Notes: a model not told the origin generated them from the letters alone. DNA of 25,347 nt from Octopus sinensis (GCF_006345805.1 NW_021836202.1:1-25347), one strand, 5' to 3'; positions 1 through 10,502 are shown, counted from the first letter of the stretch. Translations and numbers: made by a program.

Positions 1-588
1 ACTGGTCAGGAGTGGTAGTACATAACAATAGCCACTTTAGTGGATCAAATAGCAGGTGCTTCTGTGGCTGAAGTATGCAGGAAAAAAAGGTAAGCTGGTC
101 CCTAGACATGTGTTTCACAGCCAACTGGTTTGTGAATATACTTTGGTGTCACTTGAATCAGAAGTCCTGTTTTCTGTCTCAAGGATAAGCTCGACTAAGC
201 GGGAGACTAACTGAGTAATTGTAAATTAAGCGGGAAAAAAAACAACGGGGGAAACTGTTGTGTTTCCGAAGGAGAATCACGAATCTCTATTCCTTAACAT
301 AGAATTCCATAATGGCCGATTCTTGTCGGCATGGCATATGAAGAAAGAAGAGAGATAAAAAATTCCTCAAAGTCTGCTACCAGCTCAATAAACACAAACA
401 AATAAAACTGTCTAAAATTTGTAGACTCTTTTCTATGTTTAACAAATAACATCTCGACCACAAAAACCTTCCATGTCCACCTCTGTATGGACACGGGATG
501 TTTGCCAATTTGACCCGCCGAATACTATTCTATGGGATCGTGATGGAGGACATGGTGGAACCAGGTAAATATACATATATATTGTAAA

Positions 589-601
589 GATAGATAAATA
601 A

Positions 602-680
<79 letters not shown>

Positions 681-742
681 TGTTTCTTTATTAGCCACAC
701 AGGGCTGCACACAGATAGAACAAATTACAAGGTATTTGAAGG

Positions 743-776
<34 letters not shown>

Positions 777-802
777 AGGGGGAGGTTCGATCAAAAGGGA
801 TC

Positions 803-841
<39 letters not shown>

Positions 842-866
842 GGATAGATAGATAGATAGATAGATA
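589..866. repeat. (GATA)n tetranucleotide arrays (589-680, 803-866) around a poly(A) tract
   Basis: Directly visible repeats; they generate the low-complexity ORFs in the track. Confidence 0.97.
682..732 (-). mobile_element. Orphan 3' tail of the SINE1-a / L1-Tx1-like tail family
   Basis: Minus strand reads CCTTGTAATTTGTTC...GCAGCCCTGTGTGGCTAATAAAGAAA followed by the GATA-family array; same motif as the tails at 2200-2250 and 4790-4835. Confidence 0.6.
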
Positions 867-1036
867 TGTATATATATGTGTATAGAGATATACCTATGTA
901 TATATATTTAAAAATATGTAGAAATATACAGAGAAAGAGAGAAAGAGGGAGAGAGAGAAAGACAAAGGAAGTTAGATAGAAAGAGATAGATTTTTTTATT
1001 AAGCTACGCAGGTTATACCCGAGTAAACTCGACTAA

Positions 1037-1083
<47 letters not shown>

Positions 1084-1120
1084 TGATGATGATGACGATG
1101 ACGATGACGACGATGACGAC

Positions 1121-1170
<50 letters not shown>
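1037..1170. repeat. (GAT)n/(GAC)n trinucleotide array
   Basis: Directly visible. Confidence 0.97.
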
Positions 1171-1171
<1 letters not shown>

Positions 1172-1187
1172 GCTATTGATGCTGATG

Positions 1188-1479
1188 GGGTGGTATTGAA
1201 CGCAATGCTCCGATGACAATGGGGATAATCTTTATGTATGACTCTCGCAGCTACCGCATCTTAGCGATCTCAGTTCTCAGGTCTCCCTATTTATCAACCT
1301 TTTCTCCTTCTTTCATGATGATATGCTGATCTCCTGGAACTGCCACGTCAATTACTAGGCACCCTTGTTTGTCCCCCCTAAAGGTTACTATATCCGGCCT
1401 TTGGTGCTCTAACACTTTGTCTATCTAGAAATCAAAGTCCCAGGGGATTTATTGCCTTCCCCTTTTCGTCCATCACCTC
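1188..1479 (-). mobile_element. R4/Dong-clade LINE fragment (restriction-like endonuclease domain), degenerate, lineage G
   Basis: Minus-strand translation ..IPWDFDF*IDKVLEHQRPDIVTFRGDKQGCLVIDVAVPGDQHIIMKEGEKVDK*GDLRTEIAKM..KIIPIVIGAL carries the RLE motifs (RPD, IDV, EKxxKY-DL, PIVIGAL); its 5' end abuts the TAA array. Confidence 0.88.
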
Positions 1480-1561
1480 ATTATTATCATTATTATTATT
1501 ATTTATTATTATTATTATTTATTATTATTATTATTATTATTAATATTATTATCATTAATTA

Positions 1562-1592
<31 letters not shown>

Positions 1593-1733
1593 ATATTATT
1601 ATCATTATCATAATTATTATATTATTATCACTATCATTATTATTATATTATATTATTATTATTATATTATTATTATTATATTATTATTAAATTATTATCA
1701 TTATCATTATTATATTATTATTATTATCATTAT

Positions 1734-1770
<37 letters not shown>

Positions 1771-1891
1771 CATTATTATATTATTATAAATATTATATCA
1801 TTATCATTATTATATTATATTATTATTATTATTATTATTAATATTATTATCATTATCATAATTATTATTATTATTATCAATATCATTATTA

Positions 1892-1931
<40 letters not shown>

Positions 1932-1984
1932 ATTATTATCATATCATTATTATTATTATTATTATCATTATTATTATTATTATT

Positions 1985-2017
<33 letters not shown>

Positions 2018-2020
2018 ATA
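1480..2020. repeat. Long imperfect (TTA)n / (TAA)n array
   Basis: Directly visible, about 540 bp with TCA interruptions. Confidence 0.98.
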
Positions 2021-2022
2021 AC

Positions 2023-2592
2023 GGCGGCGAGTGCCAGAAACGTTAGCACGCGGGCGAAATGCTCTAGCGGTATTTCGTCTGCCATTACGTTCTGAGTTCA
2101 AATTTGCCGAGGTCGACTTTGCCTTTCATCCTTTCGGGGTCGATTAAATAAGCACCAGTTACGCACTGGGGTCGATATAATCGACTTAATCCGTATGTCT
2201 TGTCCTTGTTTGTCTCCTCTGGTTTTAGCCCTGTGGGTAGTAAAGAAATAGGTATTTCGTCTGCCGCTACGTTCTGAGTTCAAATTCCGCCGAGGTTGAC
2301 TTTGCCTTCATCCTTTCGGGGTCGATTAAATAAGTACCAGTTACGCACTGGGGTCGATATAATCGACTTAATCCGTGTGTCTGTCCTTTTGTCTCCTCTG
2401 TGTTAGCCCCTTGTGGGTAGTAAAGAAATAGGTATTTCGTCTGCCTACGTTGTGAGTTCAAATTCCCCGAGGTCGACTTTGCCTTTCATCCTTCGGGGAT
2501 CGATAAATTGAGTACCAGTGAAACACTGGCGTCGATCTAATCGTCTTGCCCCCCCCAAAAAATTTCAGGCCTTGTGCTTATAACAGAAAAAA
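2023..2592 (+). mobile_element. tRNA-headed SINE family 1, head-to-tail triplet (2023-2250, 2251-2430, 2431-2592)
   Basis: Head with degenerate A-box (GCCAGAAACGTT; other copies TGGCAGAATCGTT) and B-box GAGTTCAAAT. Central GTCGACTTTGCCTTTCATCCTTTCGGGGTCGAT-AAATAAGTACCAG resembles the Nin/Deu-type SINE domain as I recall it. Units 1-2 end in tail a (..TGTGGGTAGTAAAGAAATA); unit 3 ends in tail b (..AATTTCAGGCCTTGTG..(ATT)n). Confidence 0.9.
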
Positions 2593-2679
2593 TTATTAAT
2601 TATTAGTATATTATTATTATTATTATGGTTATTATTATTATTATTATATCTTTTATTAGATTATTATTATATTATATTA

Positions 2680-2713
<34 letters not shown>

Positions 2714-3108
2714 GGCGCAGGAGTGGCTGTGTGGTAAGTAGCTTGTTTACCAGCCACATGGTTTCGGGTTCAATCCCACTGCGTGGCACCTGGGCAAGTG
2801 TCTTCTACTATAGCCTCGGGCGACCAAAGCCTTGTGAGTGGATTTGGTAGACGGAAACTGAAAGAAGACTGTCGTATATATGTATATATTATATATATGC
2901 GTGTGTGTGTTTGTGTGTCTGTATTGTCCCCCTAGCATTGCTTGACAACCGATGCTGGTGTGTTTATGTCCCCGTTACTTAGCGGTTCGGCAAAAAAAGA
3001 CCGATAAAATAAGTACTGGCTTACAAAAGAAAGTCCCGGGGTCGAGTTGCTCGATGAAAGGCGGTGCTCCAGCATGGCCGCAGTCAAATGACTGAAACAA
3101 GTAAAAAG
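2714..3108 (+). mobile_element. tRNA-headed CORE-like SINE (family 2), full length
   Basis: A-box TGGCTGTGTGG (2724-2734), B-box GGTTCAATCCC (2767-2777), CORE-like ACC(T)TGGGCAAGTG (2787-2804), internal (TA)/(TG) tract, tail CAGCATGGCCGCAGTCAAATGACTGAAACAAGTAAAA; second copy at 11817. CORE-type tRNA SINEs are known from octopus. Confidence 0.88.
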
Positions 3109-3183
3109 AAAAAAAAAAAAGAAAAGAAAAAAGAAAGAAATTATTATTATTATTATCATTTTTATTACTTCTCATTATCACAG

Positions 3184-3637
3184 GTTTTGTTGGAACTCCT
3201 GGTATCTTGCATGCGCAGTGGGTTTACTACCTGCAGCCTACAGTACCATGTTATCCATTCTTTTCAGCTCTCTAATACTTTCCTGATTATTCTGCCGTGC
3301 CAAGGAGACAAACCTTTTGTAACAATTCTACTGGGCGCTCTATTGCAATTTCCTTTATATTCCTCTTGATGCCTTATGATATTGTTCCCAAGGACCCAAT
3401 CTACACTATCTACACCTTCTTCATTCTCCATAGCCGAGCTATTTCCTACTTAAGAGGATTGTATCTATCTGTCTTTTCGTTTCCCTTCTTGACTCTCTGC
3501 AGGTCAAATGAGCATGCAACATCAGCTATATAGCGCATGTGGTGCACCATGACCCCCACCACTAGATCTGGTCTGTTATGCTCCAGCACCTGATCTGCTT
3601 GGATTGGGAAATCCCATGCGATTTTGCTAGTCTCCGA
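3184..3637 (-). mobile_element. R4/Dong LINE, 5'-truncated, lineage B copy 1
   Basis: Minus translation ETSKIAWDFPIQADQVLEHNRPDLVV..IADVAC..EKTDRYNPLK*EIARLW..IGSLGT..LLQKVCLLGTA..RKVLES* plus short 3' UTR; TAA tracts on both sides; homologous to 16261-16790. Confidence 0.9.
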
Positions 3638-3660
3638 TTATTATTATTATTATTATTATT

Positions 3661-4213
3661 CTGTTTGACTTTTGCTTTATGTCTGTACAAGTTGGCTCCA
3701 AGTCTCACCCAGAGACCTCAAGAGACAACAGGTTAGAAGTTCTGTGCCATATATTTGGGGTTTTTTTCTTTTTTTTTTTTCTTCTGGTGTTGTACTAGTG
3801 AATGTCTAATACATAAAAAAAAAATAATAAATAAATAAATAAATAAAAAAGTTTGTTTTAAACCTTGGGATTACATAGAGAGTATTTTGCGTAGGATATG
3901 AGCAGTTCCCATGAGCACTATCTTTTGAATTTCTGCCATTTTGGGGTTTCCTGGTATCTGAGTTAGGTAGTAATCAGTCCCTTTCGCTATCATTCCCAGG
4001 ACACCTATGACAACAGGTATTGTTTTAGTCTTCAGCTTCCACATTTTTCTGATTCTATTTCAAGTCTTTATATTTGCTCAGTTTTGGCAGGTCTTGACAG
4101 ATACGTTTATATCGATTGGGACAGTCATATCAATGAGGAGGCATGTTCTTTGTCTGAAGTCTTTCAATATAATGTCTGGCCTATTTGCATCTATCTTCCT
4201 GTCAGTTTGAATG

Positions 4214-4214
<1 letters not shown>
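3661..4214 (-). mobile_element. R4/Dong LINE, 5'-truncated, lineage A copy 1
   Basis: TIQTDRKIDANRPDIILKDFRQRTCLLIDMTVPID..EIQKIVLMGTAHILRKILSM* plus about 230 bp 3' UTR; (TAA)n on both sides; homologous to 21331-22589. Confidence 0.93.
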
Positions 4215-4259
<45 letters not shown>

Positions 4260-4306
4260 TATTATTATTATTATTATTATCATTATTATGATCATTAATT
4301 ATTATC

Positions 4307-4835
4307 ACTGCTTATTGGTAGTACCGAAAGAATTTGTGTAACGGTCCTGTGTGAAAGGTTTTTATACAGCTAATTACTTATCTAACCAAGCTCCCATTAA
4401 TTTTTTGTTTTTTAAAGTATTATTTGAAGAGAAAGGTGAGGATAGAGCGGGAGGTGCTGCCATCTGGTGAGTTTATCGAAAAGTGGTTTAAGCGTGGCAA
4501 AATTGGGGAGGCTGAATGGGCCTGTCCTGGAAATGAATTTCTATGTAGGATAAAAGAAACTGGAATAGGGCATTTCCGATGCATTGGACACGACATCCGC
4601 GACTTTCTTTGTGGGATTTTCCCCCGAATTACCCGAAGTGGACTACCCCGCTATTCAGGATTCTATTTATTTATTCATTTTCCTGAATTCAATTTTTATA
4701 TATTTTTGTGATATCCTTATTGATGCTTTTTTCTTTTTTTTTTCATCGATGTAAACCCCACATTTTTGCGTGTTGTATTCCGTCCTTTGATATTGTCCTC
4801 AACATTTTGGGCTCTTGTGGCCAATAAAAGAAATA
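4307..4835 (+). mobile_element. Probable 3' end of an L1/Tx1-type LINE (ORF C-terminus plus 3' UTR)
   Basis: Frameshifted translation LLVVPKEFV*RS.VKG..INF(F)KYYLKRKVRIEREVLPSGEFIEKW..VAKLGRLNGPVLEMNF looks like an L1/Tx1 ORF2 C-terminus (recalled similarity only); followed by a T-rich UTR ending GCTCTTGTGGCCAATAAAAGAAATA. Confidence 0.45.
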
Positions 4836-4839
4836 ATTA

Positions 4840-4901
4840 GCATTGTTATCTATTATTATTTTTATTATGATTACTACTACTTCTGTTATTATTATTATTA
4901 C

Positions 4902-4959
<58 letters not shown>

Positions 4960-5093
4960 GACCTTTTTTCTTTATCTCTCTTCTTTTATTCCATGCAAAG
5001 CCCAATTCTGTTGTATTCTATTCTTTGCATTGTTCCAACCGCTTTGTAGCCCTTGTGGCTAATAAAGATATCATTATATTATCATTATTATTA

Positions 5094-5125
<32 letters not shown>

Positions 5126-5319
5126 ATTATTATTTTATTATTATTATTATTATCATTATTATTATCATTATTATTATTATTATTATTATCGCTTTTGCAA
5201 TTTGTCCTTGTAATTTCCCCCTTTATCCATCGCCCTGTGTTACATAAAAGAATTGTTACTATTGTTATGTTTATTTTATTATTTTTTTATGATTATTATT
5301 ATTATCATTATCATCATTA

Positions 5320-5369
<50 letters not shown>

Positions 5370-5370
5370 G
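4840..5370. repeat. (TTA)n arrays interrupted by two short orphan tail fragments (about 4995-5068 and 5191-5252)
   Basis: Repeats directly visible; inserts contain GTAGCCCTTGTGGCTAATAAAG and GTCCTTGTAATTTCCCC..GCCCTGTG. Confidence 0.85.
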
Positions 5371-5559
5371 ATATTTATGATGTAGATGGTGTTGTTGTTG
5401 TTCTTACTGTTCTTCTTCTTCGTCTTCTTTCTCACCAAACACCATCAAAAACCAACAGAATTTATTCCCCTTGCAGCACAAACTAAACAACCACTTCAAA
5501 AAACGAAATCGTTTCATCGCAGTCTTTTGTTCACATTCTCTAACCATCTCTCCCACCCT

Positions 5560-5585
5560 CTGTTTCTCTCTCTCGCTCGCTCGCG

Positions 5586-5619
<34 letters not shown>

Positions 5620-5728
5620 ACTCAAGCACTGTCTTTCTATCTTTCTCTTTCATACTTTCTTAGTTTCTCACTCTCTCAAACGCGCAATCTCACTGTTTTT
5701 TTCTCGCACATACAGTCCTTGTCTCATA

Positions 5729-5784
<56 letters not shown>

Positions 5785-6030
5785 CACACGCAAGCATAAT
5801 CTGTCCCTCTCTCTCTCTCTCTCCCTGTCTGTGTTTGTTTCTCTTGAAATAGATAAACGTTCATGTACACACATACAGACACACACACACACATATATAT
5901 ATGCATATATATGTGCATATATATATATATACTCGCCCACACACACACACATACATGCGCAATCACATGTATACACACACATATAATATCTGATATATAC
6001 TGTATTTCTCCAAAAATATATACACACATT
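5560..6030. repeat. Compound (CT)n/(CA)n/(TA)n microsatellites
   Basis: Directly visible. Confidence 0.95.
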
Positions 6031-6130
6031 GAATGATTATAAACCTAATATTTATTAAAATACTTTTCATTTTCACAATTATAAAGAATCTACAATCAGA
6101 ATTTTAATATTTTATTAATACTAGTTTTTA

Positions 6131-6207
6131 AACTGATGACCATTCTGGCCCAGACACCCTTCATAATGCGAAACAATGGAATCGCAAACACCAAGAAACA
6201 TTTCGTT
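6131..6207 (+). ncRNA. Degenerate hammerhead-ribozyme-like motif
   Basis: CTGATGA (6133-6139), CATT/AATG stem II, GAAAC (6170-6174), AATG/CATT stem III, then TC; needs 1-2 substitutions to be canonical. Lies beside a Penelope-like relic. Confidence 0.35.
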
Positions 6208-6489
6208 CGATATTTGTGCGTATTATTGTTCAATGGATGCCCTCAATTAATTTGTCGACTGTTGCTAGCTTTGTACCGTAAGCATTTTTTTTTTTTAAGA
6301 ATACCCATTAAAAAAAGTCTAGTGAAGTTGAAGTGAGGTTCGATGAACGCAGAGGATATTGTACTGAACTTTGTCTAGTCACCTGTTCGGCAAAAAGAAA
6401 AACATAAGGGAGATAACTGATAATTCGAAGTGAAGCAGACGTAAACCAGATGTTCGGTGATCTACTTTTAAATTCCGACAAGATGTATA

Positions 6490-7027
6490 TTGAAATGTAG
6501 ACAGAGAAAAAGTCTCGTTCCTCGAATTAATGTGTTCATTGGAGATTCTTATATATTTTAATACATACAGTTTTTTCAAGCGAACACTCTGAACATTTTC
6601 GAGACTCAATATAGGGGCTGGATTTAGGGGGGAGTTTCCATTTGATATCGAAATTGGTCCCTTCGTCTTTAAGTTTCCAGATTAAAGCCGAAAGGGCTGC
6701 TAGAGGCATCTTATCACGGAACCTAAAATTCGAAAGATGGTTGTTACATCAACGTTTAAATTTTCCTTCCACGGTTCCGATATAACGTTTGATATTTGTA
6801 AGGCCATTGTCGGAGTTTGCTGAAACTTGTGCTTCATAAACAACAGAAGAGATGTCGCACTCCTATCCGAGAGGACATTTCGATTTGTCTCTACATGTGC
6901 ATCCGGGGCAGGCTTCAGTCGTCTTTTGTTTATTGATATACAACTTAACATTAGGAGGACAAGAAAAGGTAACTTTTATTGTGTGTCTGTTAAAGAATTT
7001 ATTGTATCTATCGGTTCTAGGGAAGTG
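6490..7027 (-). pseudogene. Penelope-like element relic: Cys-rich linker plus C-terminal GIY-YIG endonuclease
   Basis: Minus translation HFPRTDRYNKFFNRHTIKVTFSCPPN..CTCRDKSKCPLG*ECDISSVVYEAQVS..KRYIGTVEGKFKR*CNNHLSNFR..ALSALIWKLKDEGTNFDIKWKL..PY..KCSECSLEK has the VVY..YIG motif (6836-6844, 6776-6784) and the CxC-C-C linker; two stops. Confidence 0.88.
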
Positions 7028-7094
7028 GATATACGCAGATGTATATTTGTGTATGTGTATGTATATATTAATATGCAAGGTGTTTACGGTAGCC

Positions 7095-7402
7095 TGGCTC
7101 TCCGTCGGTTATTACAGTGAGTGTTCCAGTTGATCTCATGAACGGAACAACTTGCTCAAGGAATTAACGTACAAGTGGCTGATTACTTCACAGACACGCT
7201 TACCCATAACGTTGTTCTCGGGAAGGTTCAGTGTGCCACAGACTGTGAACAGGCTGGCCCTTTGAATTACTGGCACAATTCATTTTTGCCAGCTGTGTGA
7301 ACTAGAAGAACAAGAAATAAAGTGTCTTGCTCGTAAGGAATCGAACTCACGACCTTACAATAATCAACCGAATACCCTAACCACTAAGCCATGCCCCTTC
7401 AC
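7095..7402 (-). mobile_element. tRNA-headed SINE family 3, copy 1
   Basis: Minus strand: A-box TGGCTTAGTGGTTAG, B-box GAGTTCGATTCC, central GAGCAAGACACTTTATTTC..CAGCTGGCAAAAATG; homologous copies at 8559, 13828, 15468 and 25053. Confidence 0.9.
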
Positions 7403-7794
7403 TGTTTATGGTGTTTATGGTATCTCTGTCCTAAATATATAATTTCATAAATATATTGGTCAGTGGTATACCATATCCCCTGTTGAAGTTATAAAAATTA
7501 TTTCTTTAATAATTTCAGCGCCAAAGCCTTAATAAAATGGTAAAATCGTCCAGTTCCATAAAAGTCTTTGTAGACTTTTAATGTTGTATTGTATTATTCG
7601 GATGTTTTAGTATGTTTCCCATATTTATTTCTGTGTATTGAGGCCCCCTGTCTACCAGATAGCCTGGACCTCTGGAAAAGCAGCACCAAAATAATAGCAA
7701 TCAGGAATGATAATTTCAAATGATAATAGGACAAGAAAAACAAGAAAGAATTCTCTAATTATAGATGAATATCCCTATTTGGTCACCTGGCCAT

Positions 7795-8545
7795 ATATGG
7801 CCGTTGTCCAAACTAGCCCAGACTAATGAGCAGTACGGCTTTCAACCTGGTCGCAGTATGGCCAGCCAAGTATTCACACTACATCAGGTTTTCGAGATAT
7901 CGCGTAAGTATTCTCATGAGATGTAAACTTGCTTTGTCATGTGCCTCGAAAAAATGTATGATGGCCGCGTACCATGTCACATGTTGCGAGGGGATGGAGT
8001 GGGGACAAGAGTTTGGAATCGATAGAACGTTTCTCCTCGACTTGAAGTCTCTGTACGAATGCCATGATGTTTGTGTCCGGACAGTGCTGCACTGAATAGA
8101 AATTTTTCAACTTAGATGTTAGATTCCGTCCAGGGTGCGTATTGCTATCTCTCCTTTTCATAATCTTTATGAAGCTGATCCACATGCGCAGTCGTTCGGG
8201 AAAGGGCATCTACATCTACAGGTGTAAGGTATTATTTGCGGATGATATGGTACTTAGCTTATCAGGAATTAAATAGATATAAGTGATGTCAGGACTGTGA
8301 CATTGGTTCTTTCAAGAATATCTTTCCAGTGGGTTTTGCATGCTGGTAGAACTACAATGAAGCAGGTGGAGAAGATCAAGAGTCTTGCGACCATTTTTAC
8401 GACAGTTGGAAGGCGCGAAACCAATTGGATGCAAGAATTACTGGAGTTGATGCCATAATGTCCCAGTTTAAGTGGCCAGAAGTATGCAGAAGAATGTTAA
8501 TTTGTTTCTCTTCAATAAGATTTTAGTGATCACTTTTATCTTGGG
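7795..8545 (+). pseudogene. RTE-clade LINE reverse-transcriptase relic
   Basis: Piecewise translation EQYGFQPGRSMASQVFTLHQVFE..CFV..LEKMYD..VP..QEFGID..LKSLY..CVR..RPGCVL..LLF..LFADDMVL..KQVEKIK.L..IFT..GRR..LDARI follows RTE RT motifs 2-7; many stops and frameshifts. Confidence 0.85.
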
Positions 8546-8558
8546 GCAGGAATCTTTA

Positions 8559-8822
8559 CTGGCGTTCCGTCGGTTACTACGACGAGTGTTTCAGTTGATC
8601 CAAACAATGGAACAGTCTACTCGTAATATAACACATACCTCCTAACTTAGTTCTCAGGGAGATTCGGCGTGACACAGAATGTAACAAGGCTGGCTCCTTT
8701 CAATTACCGATACAACTTATTTTTGCCAGCTGTGTGAACTGGAGCAATGTGAAATAAAGTGTTTTGCTGAAGAACACAACGCATCACCAAGAACCGAACT
8801 CACGCCCTTACGATCCTTAACC
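8559..8822 (-). mobile_element. SINE family 3, copy 2 (head partly deleted)
   Basis: Colinear with 7095-7402 and 13828-14149. Confidence 0.85.
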
Positions 8823-9516
8823 CTGCTTTCATAAAGGTCGGTGAGGGGACAGCATTATTTAACTGGAAGTAGGTTAGTTATCTCATAAACCGCATTCGTT
8901 TTCTATGAGATTTTATGAATTTCATCGCAACCAAAGAACCTTTTTGGCCACTTTCTAATGGCGTCCATGGCAGAGACACGAAACTTCCCTATTACCAACC
9001 CATGTGACAATTTATCACATGACCAGCTCAAATATATTATATTCATCTTTAATTTATCCAGTATTTTTTTTTTGCTTTGTTTTTTCAAGCATCAGTCATT
9101 AAAATAAAATTTGAAGATGTTGCTGCAATTTTAGCACGCCATTATTGTCATTTTTCCTTGATATTATTCTTCTTATTGTTATGTTACTAAAATTGTTGTT
9201 GCTTTTATTGTTAAATGTGTTGTTGTTGTTGTTGTTGTAACTGCTCTAGTTATTGTGCTAAATAACGATATTACGACATTTGCTTTCACTGATAAGGCAC
9301 GATAATGTTGTAGTTGTTATTGCTGTAGCTGCTCGCTGATCGTTAATGTTGTTGTTGTTGTTGCTGTTGTACAGAAGGCTATTGAACATCGTCCGAATAA
9401 CTATATTATTTCGTATTGTTTATTTTGTTTGTTTTTGTTATAACTTGTTTTCAAATTTTAAAGTAGATTATTATGTCCTGAGGTCATCTTTCTCTTCTGT
9501 TCACACTTAAACACAC

Positions 9517-9569
9517 ATGCAATACGCATGCGCACATGAATACCTGCATATCCATACACACACACACAA

Positions 9570-9636
<67 letters not shown>

Positions 9637-9846
9637 GAATACATACGAACGTACGAACATGCATACACATTAATAAAGAAACGGAACATGCATACACATA
9701 TCCATACACACCTCTTTATTCACAGGTATAAACTCAAGCATATATAAATATGTATGCGTATGTGTGATTGTGTATATAATATATATATATATATTATCGC
9801 ATACGTACAACTACACATACATACGTAATTACATGTATATACGTAG

Positions 9847-9912
<66 letters not shown>

Positions 9913-10468
9913 ATGTATAAATGTATGTATATACATAGATATATAAACATACAGGTTTAATAATGCGTATAAGCATCAGTCAGCTTCATTGCATCTGTAC
10001 CCTATGTGCATGTCAGTCTGCGGGTGTGTGTGTGTATAAATGTTTATATACATCCGCCATGTTCCCAATAATCCCCATGGGTCTTTCAATTAACTAAACA
10101 CTTCTGCGTTATTGGTGGTGTTTATATATCTTCTTATTGTCTCCCTTTCTGCGTATGTATACATATATACAAACACATATGTATGCATGTATACATATTT
10201 ATATACATATATGTATATATATATGTATATACACTCATTTATATATATATATACATATATACTTTATACACACATGTACTATACATATAATTACTATATG
10301 TAATATATTATATTAATGATATATTATAATGTTATATATGTTTATGTATGTGATGTATATTATATATAATATATAGATATATATATATCTATATATATGT
10401 ATGTATGTATGTATGTATATAATATATATATATATATATATATCTATATATATATAATATATATAATT

Positions 10469-10502
<34 letters not shown>

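Noticed and set aside
2023-2592. CRISPR-like or satellite array
   Set aside because: No unique spacers; the units are SINE bodies in a eukaryotic context.
5404-5625. Minus-strand ORF ending near a GTAAGA donor-like site
   Set aside because: Half of it is GA repeat and there is no homology or other gene evidence.
6746-6754. In-frame TGA as selenocysteine, as in selenoprotein-encoding Naiad PLEs
   Set aside because: It falls at an Arg position, a TAG is in the same frame, and the endonuclease is C-terminal rather than Naiad-type.
7330-7402. tRNA genes (also 2714-2780 and 14075-14149)
   Set aside because: A- and B-boxes are present but they continue into SINE bodies, and no complete cloverleaf forms.
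8817-8824. TTAACCCT piggyBac-like end
   Set aside because: No matching AGGGTTAA partner; better explained as the remnant of the SINE3 head.
9001-9021. CATGTGA-N7-TCACATG palindrome resembling a CRP site
   Set aside because: Wrong spacing, eukaryotic DNA, and expected by chance.
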